This document shows, in pieces, positions 21,209-32,529 of a DNA stretch of 64,000 nucleotides. The notes beneath the pieces are model-generated. The model worked only from the letters and a program-made list of their open reading frames with translations. It did not search any database and had not been told where the DNA came from. Both the position numbers and the translations under genes were made by a program. The DNA comes from Cyanobacteria bacterium P01_A01_bin.123. GTDB lineage: Bacteria; Cyanobacteriota; Cyanobacteriia; Phormidesmidales; Phormidesmidaceae. Numbering within the stretch: the stretch's first letter is position 1; every line of letters begins with the position of its first letter. The stretch lies in assembly GCA_039815185.1 (NCBI GenBank), contig JBCBZT010000001.1:32001-96000 (forward strand), given 5' to 3'.

Positions 21209-22414
21209 ATGTTGAGTTGGGACCATACCCCGAGTATTGCGTCAATGCGATGCTGTCGCGCCTGGGTCGAAATTGATTTGGCGGCATTGACCCATAATGT
21301 ACGACAGCTAAAAAGCTGCTTAGCAGCCAACACTGACTTAATGGCTGTGGTTAAGGCCGATGCCTACGGCCATGGGGCTGTCACGGTCGCCAAAACCGCC
21401 CTAGCAGCCGGCGCAACTTGGCTAGGGGTGGCGACCGTGCCAGAAGGCATTGAACTGCGGCAGGCCGCTATACAGGCGCCGATTATGTTGTTAGGGGCCG
21501 TTAACAGCCCAGCAGAAGTCCAGGCAATTGTGCGGTGGCAACTGCAACCCACCCTGGTGAGCCCCAAACAAGCCCTGGTCTTTTCCGACGCGATCGCTCA
21601 GTCAGGATTCAGCGCCGCTGCGCCGCTATCAGTGCACCTCAAACTCGATACGGGGATGACACGCCTGGGGTTTAGTTGGGAACGAGCAGTCGAATTCTAC
21701 CAGTTTGTCCAGCAGCTCCCCCATTTAGAAATTGCCAGCGTCTATTCTCACCTGGCTACTGCCGATAGCCCTGATCAGCACACCATGCAACAGCAGCAGC
21801 AGCGCTTTGACACCGCGATCGCCCAGCTGCAAGCCCGAAAGCTGATACCACCCCGGCTGCACTTGGCAAATTCAGCAGCGATGTTAACTGACGCCACGCT
21901 TCACTATGATCTGGTGCGCACGGGGTTAGTCCTATACGGGTTATATCCTGCGCCCCATCTGGCAAAGCAGATTGACTTGCATCCGGTATTGCAAGTTAAA
22001 GCCCGGATTACCCACATTAAAACCATTGCTGAGGGCACTGGGGTGAGCTACGGACACCAATTTATCGCTGATGGCCCCATGCGCATTGCGGTCGTCGGGA
22101 TTGGCTATGCCGACGGTGTTCCCCGGCTACTGTCCAACCGACTCCAGGTGATTGTGCAAGGTACCCTGGCGAATCAACTGGGCGCAATTACGATGGATCA
22201 GATGATGATCGATGTTACCCATTTACCCAATCTGCAAACCGATGATGTCGTGACGTTAATTGGTCATGAGGGAACAGTGAGTCGGTCTGCGGAAACTTGG
22301 GCCGAGGCCCTAGGCACCATCAGTTGGGAAATTCTATGTGGATTCAAACACCGTTTACCCCGGATTACCGGAACAGGCAGTAAATCAGTGCAGGCGTCCC
22401 TCGATATCAGTTAA
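21209..22414 (+). CDS. alr: Alanine racemase
   Basis: MAVVKADAYGHG (PLP lysine), HLKLDTGMTRLG, IGYADG, GTISWEILC. Confidence 0.96.
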   Translation: MLSWDHTPSIASMRCCRAWVEIDLAALTHNVRQLKSCLAANTDLMAVVKADAYGHGAVTVAKTALAAGATWLGVATVPEGIELRQAAIQAPIMLLGAVNSPAEVQAIVRWQLQPTLVSPKQALVFSDAIAQSGFSAAAPLSVHLKLDTGMTRLGFSWERAVEFYQFVQQLPHLEIASVYSHLATADSPDQHTMQQQQQRFDTAIAQLQARKLIPPRLHLANSAAMLTDATLHYDLVRTGLVLYGLYPAPHLAKQIDLHPVLQVKARITHIKTIAEGTGVSYGHQFIADGPMRIAVVGIGYADGVPRLLSNRLQVIVQGTLANQLGAITMDQMMIDVTHLPNLQTDDVVTLIGHEGTVSRSAETWAEALGTISWEILCGFKHRLPRITGTGSKSVQASLDIS

Positions 22415-22468
22415 TCTTAAGATCGGCATAGGGCAAAAAAATCTGCTATTATCGATTTCTATTGCCGT

Positions 22469-22558
22469 GGAGAGGTGGCTGAGTGGTCGAAAGCGGCAGA
22501 TTGCTAATCTGTTGATGGGTGTTTAACCTATCCGAGGGTTCGAATCCCTCCCTCTCCG
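22469..22558 (+). tRNA. tRNA-Ser(GCT)
   Basis: GGAGAGG...CCTCTCC acceptor stem; anticodon arm GCAGA-TTGCTAA-TCTGT; long variable arm; GGTTCGAATCC. Confidence 0.96.
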
Positions 22559-22639
22559 TTGTTTTAAGCGACTTTGCAAGACCAAGCCTTCGGGACGCAC
22601 CTATACAGCTCTGATGGGTAGAGACGCGCAGCTGCGCAC

Positions 22640-22720
22640 CTAGGGGCTATCATCTGATTAGGTCGGGCGCGGCAAGGCTCAACCATAGGCTTTTCGCATT
22701 TAATTGATGACACGCCCTAG
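22640..22720 (-). mobile_element. MITE family A, internally deleted copy
   Basis: Ends CTAGGGGCTATCATC and TAATTGATGACACGCCCTAG; internal sequence matches the copies at 33559 and 40513. Confidence 0.75.
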
Positions 22721-22764
22721 TGCAAAGTGTGCAAAAAGTTGAACCCCTCCCATGAAAATTAGTA

Positions 22765-23307
22765 TTAAGGGATCTGCTGAAGCAGTTGCTCCGGTGATGC
22801 GTTGGGGTGGAGAAAAGAAAACAAATGGCGATCGCGAATCACACCCCCTGGATCAATCACAAACTGAGCCGGGAGGGGAGCACCCAGCGCCTGCCCCGTA
22901 CCATATTGCCGAAAGCTAATGCAGGTAGGATCACTCAACAGCGGCATTTTAAGCCCCAGATCGCGCACCACAATTTGACTTTGCTGGGCATCGGTGCTGG
23001 TTATCATAAGCAGCGCAACGCCGCGATCGCAAAATTGATCATAAGCTCCATTGATCGCCAAGATATGGGGAAAACACAACGGGCAGTACTGCTTTTCGGT
23101 AAAGATGCGGGTGAAGAGCAGCACCACTAGGCGATCGCCCCAGCATTGAGAGAGCTGGAGCTGATTTTGACCGTTAACATCCGGCAGCAGCAAATCGGGT
23201 GCACGATCCCCAGGATTGAGACGATTTTGGGCCGGGATAGGTAAGAAATTCCTAAAAAAACGCCGAGTCAACAACCCCGTAAAATCAGATGAAATGGCTT
23301 GAGTCAA
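22765..23307 (-). CDS. AhpC/TSA (peroxiredoxin-like) family protein
   Basis: PGDRAPD, FTRIFTEKQYCPLC, PLLSDP, PAQFVID. Confidence 0.85.
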   Translation of the reverse strand: MTQAISSDFTGLLTRRFFRNFLPIPAQNRLNPGDRAPDLLLPDVNGQNQLQLSQCWGDRLVVLLFTRIFTEKQYCPLCFPHILAINGAYDQFCDRGVALLMITSTDAQQSQIVVRDLGLKMPLLSDPTCISFRQYGTGQALGAPLPAQFVIDPGGVIRDRHLFSFLHPNASPEQLLQQIP

Positions 23308-23312
23308 AGCAA

Positions 23313-23924
23313 TCAGGCCTCAACTTCAGCAAAAAATTCCTTGGATTTCACCGGATCAGAGCTCATCGTCTTCTCTCCAGGCTGCCAGCCGGCAGGGCAA
23401 ACTTCATCGGGATGTGACTGTACATACTGAACCGCTTGGAGGACGCGCAGGGTTTCATCCACGCTCCGCCCAAAGGATAAATTATTGACCGTTAGGTGCT
23501 GAATCACGCCCTCTTTATCAACTACAAGTAACCCGCGCAGTGCTACACCCGCATCCGGATCAAGTACATTGTAATCGGCACTAATTTCCTTCTTAATATC
23601 GGAGATCAACGGATAACTTAAATCCCCAAGACCACCCATCTTACGCTCCGTTTGAATCCAAGCCAGGTGGGAAAATTCACTGTCAACTGAAACTCCTAAG
23701 ACTTCTGTATTCAGCTCTTTAAATTCACTGTAGCGATCGCTAAATGCCGTGATCTCAGTCGGGCAAACAAACGTAAAGTCCAGTGGATAGAAGAACAGAA
23801 TAACGTACTTACCCCGATAGTCAGACAGCTTGATTGTCTTAAATTCCTGATCAACAACGGCAGTTGCCATAAAATCAGGGGCTACTTGACCGACGCGAAG
23901 GCATCCTTCGTTTTGGTAAGCCAT
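23313..23924 (-). CDS. 2-Cys peroxiredoxin
   Basis: [14 protein letters not shown] and EVCPAGW; start MAYQNEG with upstream AGGAG. Confidence 0.95.
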   Translation of the reverse strand: MAYQNEGCLRVGQVAPDFMATAVVDQEFKTIKLSDYRGKYVILFFYPLDFTFVCPTEITAFSDRYSEFKELNTEVLGVSVDSEFSHLAWIQTERKMGGLGDLSYPLISDIKKEISADYNVLDPDAGVALRGLLVVDKEGVIQHLTVNNLSFGRSVDETLRVLQAVQYVQSHPDEVCPAGWQPGEKTMSSDPVKSKEFFAEVEA

Positions 23925-24145
23925 TTTGTCAATTCTCCTAAAACTCAACGTGCCGTGATCACTTGATCCAGCAATCGCCATGCAACGTTGCCTATGACAC
24001 TCAATTTAAGGCCAGACTACCGATGAATATATCACACCGATAGCGCAATCGATGGGAGCAGAGCACCTCGATATAAGGTGCACCACAAAGTAACGGCTTC
24101 TCTGAAAAAGCATGGTGGAAGCCCCCTATGGCCTGATTTTTAGGA

Positions 24146-24217
24146 TGGCTCAGACGTGATTTGAACACGTGACCAAGGGCTTATGAGTCCCCTGCTCTAC
24201 CACTGAGCTACTGAGCC
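24146..24217 (-). tRNA. tRNA-Met(CAT), probably elongator
   Basis: Reverse complement GGCTCAGTAGCTCAGTGGTAGAGCAGGGGACTCATAAGCCC...GTTCAAATCACGTCTGAGCCA. Confidence 0.9.
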
Positions 24218-24337
24218 TGATGTGGACTAACTAGATACCAAAGCTGAATACTGACTCAGCTTAAAGCACAGTCAACAATATAAAAGACTAGCACATGATG
24301 GGAATCAATAGTTTCCATATGCGTCAAGACAAACATC

Positions 24338-24384
24338 AACAAGCTATTCGCAGCCAAGGACGTTTGACTTGCGAATAGCTTGTC
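24338..24384. terminator. Stem-loop downstream of the LysM/M23 gene
   Basis: ACAAGCTATTCGCA...TGCGAATAGCTTGT inverted repeat. Confidence 0.6.
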
Positions 24385-24396
24385 TAAACGATTACC

Positions 24397-26607
24397 CTAT
24401 CGCCCGGGGAGATAAGATATCGGATTAACAGTTCCTTGACCCTGCAAATGCACCTCAAAGTGGAGGTGGGGCCCAGTGCTATAACCCGTGCTCCCCATCT
24501 CAGCAATTTGCTGACCCTGGGCAACCTGCTGTCCTGAGCTCACTAGCAGTCGACTATTGTGGGCATAACGCGTCATACTCCCATCAGCATGGCGGATATC
24601 AATCAGATTTCCATAGCCACCTGAGTTCCAGCCTGCGCGTTCGATCACCCCTGATGCAGCTGCAACAATGGGTGTTCCCACAGGACCAGCAATGTCAACC
24701 CCGTGATGCATCCTGCCCCAGCGACGTCCATACCCAGAAGTCAGCGTTCCTGTCGTTGGCCAAACATAGCCATTGAAGTAATTAGGCGCTTCTGGTAAGA
24801 ACTCGTCCGCGTTTGGCAACGCCGGCATATCGGGTGAAACAACTTGCCCGGCTGCAGGGCGATTAATCGGAGCATAGGCCTCTGAGCCAAGGGGTGCAGC
24901 CGCCAACAGCTGCGTCGAATCATCGACAACCGGAACAGGCCCACCTAAAGCAGAATCCGAAGCAGCACTCTGATAACTTGCCCGGTTCTCAAACTCTGGA
25001 TTAACTGCAGCAGATGACATCTCAGACAGATTTTCAGGTGCCTCCACCGCTGCGATCGAAGCAACAGACTGCTCTGATGACTGCAGTTCTGATATAGCAA
25101 GCTGTTGAGCTGCGTCAACATCTGCCATCAGATTGGCCATATAAGTATCAGCACTTGGATTATCTACGGCGATATCTGCTGAAGCAGGGTCAGCTATGGC
25201 TGGTTGGTCAGCATCCGGAGCTAGGGCGCGGCTGTATCGAGTAGGCAACATGGTTTGGCGTAGTTGCTGGAGGTCAGCCTCATTCTCGATCGGGTTGAGA
25301 ACAGTTGACTGAAGCTGTGTCAATCGCTCAAGTGGGCTATTTGCATTTGCCCCAGAGCTAAATACAGGACCATCAACAGCTGCAACGGTTTCCACACCAG
25401 CCGAACCCAAGGAGCCAGATTGTTGATTGACTTGTGGAATCAACAAACTCTCACCCGCGACAATCAAGTCAGGGTTTTCAAGTTGATTAATGCGGACTAA
25501 GTCGGCAGTCGAAATACCATAAGCCTCAGCAAGGTCAGCAATCGTATCACCCTCACGGATGTCATACGGTTGCTCTATCCAAGGGGGTGAAGACACGCCC
25601 TCGATCGAGGTTGAAATTTGTAAAGTCTCTTCCTGAACGACTTCCGCTTCGACCTCACCTTGATCGTCAGCGGCAGTTGGCAAACCAATCTCGACTTCGG
25701 GATTAACCGTTAACTCGGGCTTGGGTTCAGGTGACGCATTGAGTACTTGTGACTCAACTCGCTCAGCCTCAATCTGAACCGGAACAGCTTCGCTTGTCCA
25801 AGTCGCAGCTGACAAAGAGTCAGCCTCACGACCGTCTTGCAACAACTGAGGAGTAGGTTCGTTTTCGTCTAGAGCCGCCGCCACTTGAGAAGGAGCCACT
25901 CGACCCAAAAACTGAGGTTCAACCCCTGAATTTGTTGTCGGCTGCGCCTGATCAGACGCTTCAACTGAAAACTGCTCTGGTCTAATGCTGAGTTCAAGTG
26001 CCTGCTGAAGCTCTTGACGTTTCTGGTGAACAGCCTCCAAAGCCGCTGCCTGAGAAGCTTTTAACTGAGCATCAGATTGGTCAAAAGCTGCTTGCTCTTG
26101 TTGAGCAACTGCGAGTTCAGACGGTAGTTCAGAACTCGTGGGGACTGGTTCGGCCTCAACAGATACCGGGATTTTTAATACTTGTCCAACCTGCAACACC
26201 GTTTCGGCAGAAACCCCGTTAGCTTGCTCAACGGTGTTGACCTCAACGCTGTGAACATTTGCGATCTGAGAAAGCGTTTGGCCTTCCTGAACCGTGTGAT
26301 AAACAGTGTCGGACGCATCCAAGGTAGCCACAGGCATCATGCCAGCAGCGGGCACATCAAGACCTGAGGGCAACGTAGATAGTGTTGGATTAAGTGGGGC
26401 GGATGGAAGACCCGCCGCCGCCACTGCACCCTGACGGGAAAGAAGGGCACCGGATGCTCCCATAGAGAGTGCTAAGCCCAACATTGCAGCAGACGTCCGT
26501 ACTCTGCGTCTGTTTCCGGAAAAGCCTTGCTCTACCCGTTCAACAACGTCTTCAAGAGACGCAGGAACCAAGTCAGAAAAAGACTCCTGGGGAAATGCTC
26601 GTTTCAA
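24397..26607 (-). CDS. LysM + M23 peptidoglycan DD-metalloendopeptidase (NlpD-like)
   Basis: Two LysM domains (YHTVQEGQTLSQIA; YDIREGDTIADLA); M23 motifs HHGVDIA, TRYAHN, STGPHLHFE; TTG start after AGGAGG. Confidence 0.92.
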   Translation of the reverse strand: MKRAFPQESFSDLVPASLEDVVERVEQGFSGNRRRVRTSAAMLGLALSMGASGALLSRQGAVAAAGLPSAPLNPTLSTLPSGLDVPAAGMMPVATLDASDTVYHTVQEGQTLSQIANVHSVEVNTVEQANGVSAETVLQVGQVLKIPVSVEAEPVPTSSELPSELAVAQQEQAAFDQSDAQLKASQAAALEAVHQKRQELQQALELSIRPEQFSVEASDQAQPTTNSGVEPQFLGRVAPSQVAAALDENEPTPQLLQDGREADSLSAATWTSEAVPVQIEAERVESQVLNASPEPKPELTVNPEVEIGLPTAADDQGEVEAEVVQEETLQISTSIEGVSSPPWIEQPYDIREGDTIADLAEAYGISTADLVRINQLENPDLIVAGESLLIPQVNQQSGSLGSAGVETVAAVDGPVFSSGANANSPLERLTQLQSTVLNPIENEADLQQLRQTMLPTRYSRALAPDADQPAIADPASADIAVDNPSADTYMANLMADVDAAQQLAISELQSSEQSVASIAAVEAPENLSEMSSAAVNPEFENRASYQSAASDSALGGPVPVVDDSTQLLAAAPLGSEAYAPINRPAAGQVVSPDMPALPNADEFLPEAPNYFNGYVWPTTGTLTSGYGRRWGRMHHGVDIAGPVGTPIVAAASGVIERAGWNSGGYGNLIDIRHADGSMTRYAHNSRLLVSSGQQVAQGQQIAEMGSTGYSTGPHLHFEVHLQGQGTVNPISYLPGR

Positions 26608-27327
26608 GGAACGACCTCCTACACATAACCAGCGTTCAACTGCCTCAAAAGCATTTGGCTCTAAGAGCCGTGGCATTGTCCTCAAAACAGAAAATTAGAC
26701 TAGCCATGCTTGAGAAACAAAAATTGCGTAATTGCAAATCTAACCGAGCTTTATTGCTTCGGTTTATCTAACTTAGGCAAGTTTACACGAGTTAACTCAA
26801 AATTCAATCCCTTATTTCTTTCATATTGGTAAGGCAATAGCCGGAATAAAGATGCAGTAAGGCCACAATTTCTTTTTAGGTAATGGGGTTAGGCCTTCAA
26901 TTCAAATGTTCTGGTTGCCCTGCAAGATCCTCTATTTTTGCGGGTTTAGTGCTGGATTTAAGGCAATTTTCAATCCAATTAGGGCAGATGGTTCTTGATT
27001 TGAGACCGTTTGAGCTTTTTTTGAATCTTAAGGCGTTTTCACATGACTCCCCTGCCGATTGAGCGGGGGTAAACCTGAATCAGGTTCGATAAAGTACCCA
27101 TAGCTAATATCTATAGAAATTTCTTATCGGAAACGAAGGTTTTTGTATCTTGAACAACCAAATACGCTGGACTTACCGGCAGTCTTAAAGTGGGGGGCTG
27201 AGATTTGGATTAGTCCACATCCGTAATCGGCTTGAGGCAGCTTTCGAGTTAATTTCCCAGAGATAACACTGCGATTGAGGTGTGACTAGAAATGCATAGG
27301 TATATAGATATAGAACCGGGTTATGTC

Positions 27328-27792
27328 TTAAATAGACAACTGCCCCACCTGCCTAAGCGCTTCAAATAGACCGATTGAAACACTGACTGACAGGTTTAAA
27401 CTGCGAACTTGGGGCTGACGCATAGGAATATAAAGGGTTTGCTGACAGTGATCGAGAATCTCGCGAGGTAATCCCTGGGTTTCGCTGCCAAACAGAAGCC
27501 AGTCGTTATCTGCGAAAAGCATCTCTACATAGCTGCATCGTCCTGAAGTGCTGAAACCTAAAAGACGCCCCCCTTGTTGACATTGATAGTCTAAAAATGA
27601 ATCCCAGTCGGGGTGAACATGCAAATCGACGTTGGGCCAGTAGTCAAGCCCCGCTCGCTTAAGATGGCGATCGCTGAGTTCAAATCCCAGGGGTTCTACC
27701 AAGTGCAGCTCGACCCCGGTGGCGGCGCAGGTGCGAGCAATGTTGCCAGTGTTTGGTGGAATTTGCGGATAAACTAAGACGACTCGAGGCAT
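27328..27792 (-). CDS. trmL: tRNA (cytidine(34)-2'-O)-methyltransferase
   Basis: PQIPPNTGNIARTCA, KRAGLDYW, FGSETQGL, RSLNLS. Confidence 0.93.
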   Translation of the reverse strand: MPRVVLVYPQIPPNTGNIARTCAATGVELHLVEPLGFELSDRHLKRAGLDYWPNVDLHVHPDWDSFLDYQCQQGGRLLGFSTSGRCSYVEMLFADNDWLLFGSETQGLPREILDHCQQTLYIPMRQPQVRSLNLSVSVSIGLFEALRQVGQLSI

Positions 27793-28036
27793 CGGCCCTC
27801 TAAATCGGGTGGAAACGCTTAACATCATCCCACGGGGATGCGATCGCTACCGTAGTTTTACGGAATAACGATAGTTTTTTTTAATCTATGTTGCTCGATG
27901 GCGGCTAAATGCCATCTGAACCCCACCTGATTTGCGAATTTGGGCTTTGAGCTTAGGGAGAAACGCTTGAACTTTTAGCTGAGCTGAGCTGAAAATCTGG
28001 AGGTGGACGCCGTTTGATTCAACCCTTCGTTTAGGA

Positions 28037-29188
28037 TTAAGCGGCAGCAGGCTGGCAAAGATCTTGGGCCAGTGCCGCCTCTTGAATACGAACCGCTTGA
28101 ATAGCCGCTGTGAGAATCGCTTGAGGAGACTCGCCCTGTTGATATTGAGTAAGCCAGCGTTGAGCTTGATTGCCGTCCCGGAGAATTTTTTTCAGCGGGA
28201 CGAGGAAACAACTAATGCCTTGCTGTTTGGCGATGGGGGCAACTTCATCGTAAAGCTGGGCGATCCAGTCGGCAGCGCGAATGCTGCGCCCGTCTTGCCA
28301 ATGGCGCAGTTGGGCGTTAAGGCTCTGTTCAGCTACGGCGGTTTCGTTAGCATCAGTCAGGGTCACCAGGGTTTCAGCTCGCTCGGTAGCGGGTAAGGTG
28401 CTTAGGGTGAGGGGATCTAGGCTTGGATCGGTACAAAGCTGCAATAACCGAGCTTCGAGGAATGCTGTGACGGCGAGTAAAGCCAAGGGGTCGATGACCA
28501 GATCGCAAATCCGGAGTTCTAACCGATTGAGATTGTACGGACGGCGATCGCCGTTGGGGCGCACAGCACTCCAAAGATGACGGACATTTTGCATGGTGCC
28601 AGCAGCCAATTGCGCTTCTGTCCAATGAATATGGTGAGCATGGCTTTCAAACAGCGGCACATGGGCTGGAGTTTTGGGAAACATCTGCCAGCGAGTGGAG
28701 TGAAAACCTGTGGCTTGCCCATCCAGAAATGGGGATGATGCAGTTAAAGCCAGATATAACGGAGCTTCGACCCGAATGAGTCGGCAGGCCCGCATCAGCA
28801 ACTCTGGATCAGCGATGCCAACATTGATATGGATACTGGCCGTGACAACTTTAGTGCCATAGGTGCTCTCGATATAGCTGTGATAAGGGTTTTGTGGATC
28901 TGAACGATAAAAGCGATCGCTATCGCCTAAGGACAATGTGCTCCCAGGAAGCACAGTATAGTTGCCCAATCGCTTTAAATAAGCCCTCAACTGTTGGCGC
29001 GGACGCACCAGTTCGCAGAGTAATTGCTCGTAGCGGTAGAGTGGTGCGGTCGTGTACTCAACATTGCGGCTATCGGGTTCGCGGACAAACCCTGCCAAAT
29101 CTGCCACGATTCGATCGGAAAGCCCCACAATTTCACCTTCAGGGGTGCCGGTGTAGAGTTCGACTTCAAAACCTTTGGAAAGCAGCAC
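28037..29188 (-). CDS. gshA: Glutamate--cysteine ligase (cyanobacterial type)
   Basis: LLSKGFEVELYTG, REPDSRNVEY, TASIHINVG, VRPNG..RPY.LNRLELRICD. Confidence 0.92.
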   Translation of the reverse strand: MLLSKGFEVELYTGTPEGEIVGLSDRIVADLAGFVREPDSRNVEYTTAPLYRYEQLLCELVRPRQQLRAYLKRLGNYTVLPGSTLSLGDSDRFYRSDPQNPYHSYIESTYGTKVVTASIHINVGIADPELLMRACRLIRVEAPLYLALTASSPFLDGQATGFHSTRWQMFPKTPAHVPLFESHAHHIHWTEAQLAAGTMQNVRHLWSAVRPNGDRRPYNLNRLELRICDLVIDPLALLAVTAFLEARLLQLCTDPSLDPLTLSTLPATERAETLVTLTDANETAVAEQSLNAQLRHWQDGRSIRAADWIAQLYDEVAPIAKQQGISCFLVPLKKILRDGNQAQRWLTQYQQGESPQAILTAAIQAVRIQEAALAQDLCQPAAA

Positions 29189-29305
29189 AGATTTCCTCAA
29201 TAGTTGGGCTGATTGGCGCAGCGCACCGTTCCCTCCTATAGTATCGAGGATTGTTCCAACCCTGGACTTGTCCTATAACTTGCAGCCCCAGGCTGCAATT
29301 AAGCA

Positions 29306-29388
29306 TGCGGATGAAAGGACTTGAACCTTCACGCCACGAGGGCACTAGAACCTAAATCTAGCGCGTCTACCAATTCCGCCACATCCGC
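29306..29388 (-). tRNA. tRNA-Leu(TAG)
   Basis: Reverse complement GCGGATGTGGCGGAATTGGTAGACGCGCTAGATTTAGGTTCTAG...GGTTCAAGTCCTTTCATCCGCA. Confidence 0.96.
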
Positions 29389-29673
29389 GTGTCGAATCTG
29401 AATTGTAGCAACAAATGTCTCCCCCGTGGCGCTGGGAATAGGTTCTTGCCCCCTGTTTTCAACCATAGCCAAAAATTTCTCCTATATATAAGGACATAAT
29501 GGGTACAGACAGGCAAAGCAGATACAAAATGGAAGGGGAAAGCGTGATAAGCCTCCAGCCAGCTCAGCAGGCAGTCCACTGCCTAGACCAATCTAGGAGG
29601 CCGTCAGCGCACACTATGATTAATCTATGATGTTCATCCGTAGCAGTTCATAACTCAGGGATAACAGTAGATT

Positions 29674-29760
29674 TAAGCCACATCCGATTTGAAAACGTAG
29701 GTAGAGCCATAGCGCCTTGCACCCCCACAAGAAAAACTATGGATCTGGATGTGGACAAGG
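29674..29760 (+). repeat. REP/MITE-like family B, degenerate copy
   Basis: CCACATCCGATTTGAAA...GAAAAACTATGGATCTGGATGTGGACA matches the reverse complement of 40398-40485. Confidence 0.75.
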
Positions 29761-29822
29761 GGTAAGACGCTATTATTTATCGTCAGCAGGGCACCGTTAG
29801 TACGCGAGGAGAAACCGACCGA

Positions 29823-32513
29823 ATGGGTAAAGTAGTCGGCATTGACTTAGGCACCACCAACTCAGTGGTTGCTGTGATCGAAGGGGGGAAGCCCGTCGTC
29901 ATTGCCAATGCTGAAGGCATGAGAACAACACCGTCTGTGGTTGCCTTTAGCAAAGAAGGGGAAAGACTCGTCGGCCAGATGGCCCGACGGCAAGCGGTGC
30001 TGAATCCTCAAAATACCTTCTATGGCGTCAAGCGGTTTATGGGGCGCAAGTATGCCGAACTCAGCGCTGAGTCCAAGCAGGTGCCCTACACAATTCGTCG
30101 CGACGAAGGGGGCGGCGTTCGAGTCAGGTGTCCTCGCTTGGAAAAAGACTTTGCGCCGGAAGAAGTTTCTGCCATGATTTTGCGGAAGCTGGCCGATGAA
30201 GCCAGCCGCTATTTGGGGCAGCCGGTGAGTGGGGCCGTGATTACGGTGCCGGCCTATTTTGACGATGCCCAGCGGCAGGCAACCCGTGATGCTGGTCGGA
30301 TTGCAGGCTTAGATGTCAAGCGTATTTTAAATGAACCAACATCGGCAGCGTTAGCCTACGGTCTCGATCAGCAATTTAGCCAAACTATTTTGGTATTTGA
30401 CTTGGGTGGCGGCACCTTTGATGTGTCGCTGCTGGAGGTTGGAGACGGCGTATTCGAGGTCAAAGCTACCAGCGGGGATACCCAACTGGGGGGCACCAAC
30501 TTTGATCAAAAGATTGTGAATTGGTTGGCAGAGCAGTTTTTAGAAGCGGAGGGGATTGATCTGCGACGCGATCGCCAAGCTTTACAGCGCCTGACTGAAG
30601 CCGCAGAAAAGGCAAAGATTGAACTCTCTGGGGTAGCCGTCACCGAGATCAACCTACCGTTTATTACGGCGACAAAAGACGGACCAAAACATTTGGAAAC
30701 GCGACTGGAGCGATCGCAGTTTGAAGCCCTCTGTGGTGATTTGCTGAGTCGGCTGCGCGGGCCGCTGAAGCGAGCGTTTATGGATGCGGGGTTAACCCCG
30801 GCTCAAATCGATGAGGTCGTCCTAGTTGGCGGTGCCAGTCGCATGCCCATGGTGCAAAACCTAGTGCGAACGCTGATTAAGCGCGAACCCAACCAAAATG
30901 TTAATCCAGATGAAGTCGTGGCGGTGGGGGCTGCCATTCAGGCAGGGATCCTGACCCAAGAAGTTCAAGACATTTTACTCCTGGATGTCACACCACTATC
31001 CCTGGGACTTGAGACCATTGGTGGGGTGATGAAGAAGCTCATTCCCCGCAACACCACGATTCCTGTCCGGCGATCGGATATTTTTTCCACTTCCGAGAGC
31101 AACCAAACTGTGGTGGAAGTCCACGTTCTCCAGGGTGAGCGGGAAATGGCTGCCGATAATAAATCACTGGGGCGGTTCAAGCTGATGGGTATTCCCCCCG
31201 CGCCGCGAGGGGTACCTCAGGTTTTGGTATCTTTAGACATCGATGCCAACGGTATTTTGCAAGTATCGGCTCTAGATAAAACGACGGGTCGAGAGCAAAG
31301 CATCACCGTGCAAGGGGCTTCAAACCTGGATGATTTTGAAGTGGAGCGGATGATTCAAGAGGCGGAGGAATACGCCGATGATGATCGCTTACAGCGAGAA
31401 CGGGTAGAAAAACGGAATCGAGCTGAGGCATTGACCTTCCAAGCAGAACGAGTGCTGCGGGAAGTGGCGTTAGACTTTGGTATGCAGTTTGCCCGCGATC
31501 GCCGCCGTCGGATCGAAACGCTGATTCAAGAACTACGGGATTATCTCGACCAGAGTGATGAGCGGGGGATTGATATCACCCAGGCTGATCTACAAGATGA
31601 AATCTATGAACTCAATCGGGAGGCTTACCTCTATGACGAAGATGATGAGGAAGAAGATCTCTTTAAGCAGATTGGCAGCAGTATAAAACGGACTTTCTCT
31701 GGCGATCGCGATCGTGATTTTGCCGATGACTATAGTTATGGCGGCTCAGCTTATGGGGGTTCGTCCTACGGCGGATCCGCCTATGGTAATAGTCGTTGGG
31801 AAGATGATGATTGGGGGCTTGGTGATCGCAATCGTAACCGTCCTAGCGAACCCTACGATCGGCGTTACGAGAACCGTCAACCGCCCTATCGGGATGCGCC
31901 CAATCCTTACAACGATCGTCAACCGCCCTATCGAGACACACCCAATCCCTACAACGATCGTCAACCGCCCTATCGGGATGCGCCCAACCCCTACGACGAT
32001 CGTCCCCGCTATGATTCCCCTCGCTATGGCGATCGCCCAAGCTACGATGATCGGCCGACCTATGATAATCGCCCGGTCTATGACAACCGATCGGCCTATG
32101 ACGATCGGCCTGCCTCCCGCGATCGGCCAGATTATCCCGATTACAATCGGCCTAATTACAATGGCAGGGATGACTACGGTGAGCGTGATAGTCAGAGCCC
32201 AGACCCAGAGGGTTATCGCCGACTGCCATCGGAAGACAATGAGTCCTATAAGATGCCCGAGCGTCTGAGGGACGATACTGGCAGGGATCCGTATAGTTCT
32301 CCTGAACGTCCGAGAGATCGTTCAGGAAACGATCCCTATGCTCCCCCAGAGCGTCGGGATCGCCCAGATCGCAATGCCCAGGATTATCCACCACCCCGTC
32401 GTCCCACTCGAGATGGAACCAGGGATGACGATCGAGGGCAGGGTAGAGACGGGCAATACCGCGATGCCTTCGATAATAATGAAGATTGGGGCGACGATGA
32501 CGAGTTTTGGTAA
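29823..32513 (+). CDS. dnaK: Molecular chaperone DnaK (cyanobacterial paralogue) with long low-complexity C-terminal tail
   Basis: [36 protein letters not shown]; ~280-aa D/R/Y/P-rich tail. Confidence 0.95.
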   Translation: MGKVVGIDLGTTNSVVAVIEGGKPVVIANAEGMRTTPSVVAFSKEGERLVGQMARRQAVLNPQNTFYGVKRFMGRKYAELSAESKQVPYTIRRDEGGGVRVRCPRLEKDFAPEEVSAMILRKLADEASRYLGQPVSGAVITVPAYFDDAQRQATRDAGRIAGLDVKRILNEPTSAALAYGLDQQFSQTILVFDLGGGTFDVSLLEVGDGVFEVKATSGDTQLGGTNFDQKIVNWLAEQFLEAEGIDLRRDRQALQRLTEAAEKAKIELSGVAVTEINLPFITATKDGPKHLETRLERSQFEALCGDLLSRLRGPLKRAFMDAGLTPAQIDEVVLVGGASRMPMVQNLVRTLIKREPNQNVNPDEVVAVGAAIQAGILTQEVQDILLLDVTPLSLGLETIGGVMKKLIPRNTTIPVRRSDIFSTSESNQTVVEVHVLQGEREMAADNKSLGRFKLMGIPPAPRGVPQVLVSLDIDANGILQVSALDKTTGREQSITVQGASNLDDFEVERMIQEAEEYADDDRLQRERVEKRNRAEALTFQAERVLREVALDFGMQFARDRRRRIETLIQELRDYLDQSDERGIDITQADLQDEIYELNREAYLYDEDDEEEDLFKQIGSSIKRTFSGDRDRDFADDYSYGGSAYGGSSYGGSAYGNSRWEDDDWGLGDRNRNRPSEPYDRRYENRQPPYRDAPNPYNDRQPPYRDTPNPYNDRQPPYRDAPNPYDDRPRYDSPRYGDRPSYDDRPTYDNRPVYDNRSAYDDRPASRDRPDYPDYNRPNYNGRDDYGERDSQSPDPEGYRRLPSEDNESYKMPERLRDDTGRDPYSSPERPRDRSGNDPYAPPERRDRPDRNAQDYPPPRRPTRDGTRDDDRGQGRDGQYRDAFDNNEDWGDDDEFW
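31872..32003 (+). repeat. In-frame 42-bp tandem repeat (about 3 copies, NDRQPPYRD(A/T)PNPY) in the dnaK tail
   Basis: Repeating unit cgtcaaccgccctatcg(g/a)ga...cccaa(t/c)cc(t/c)tac(a/g)acgat. Confidence 0.85.
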
Positions 32514-32529
32514 ACCTTAAACACTGTTC

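Noticed and set aside
26467..26475. GAGTGCTAA half of a CIRCE element
   Set aside because: Lies inside the LysM/M23 coding region, lacks the TTAGCACTC partner and is far from dnaK/dnaJ.
31872..32110. Regularly spaced direct repeats resembling a CRISPR array
   Set aside because: Repeats are contiguous, in frame inside dnaK, vary mostly at synonymous positions and have no unique spacers; no cas genes nearby.
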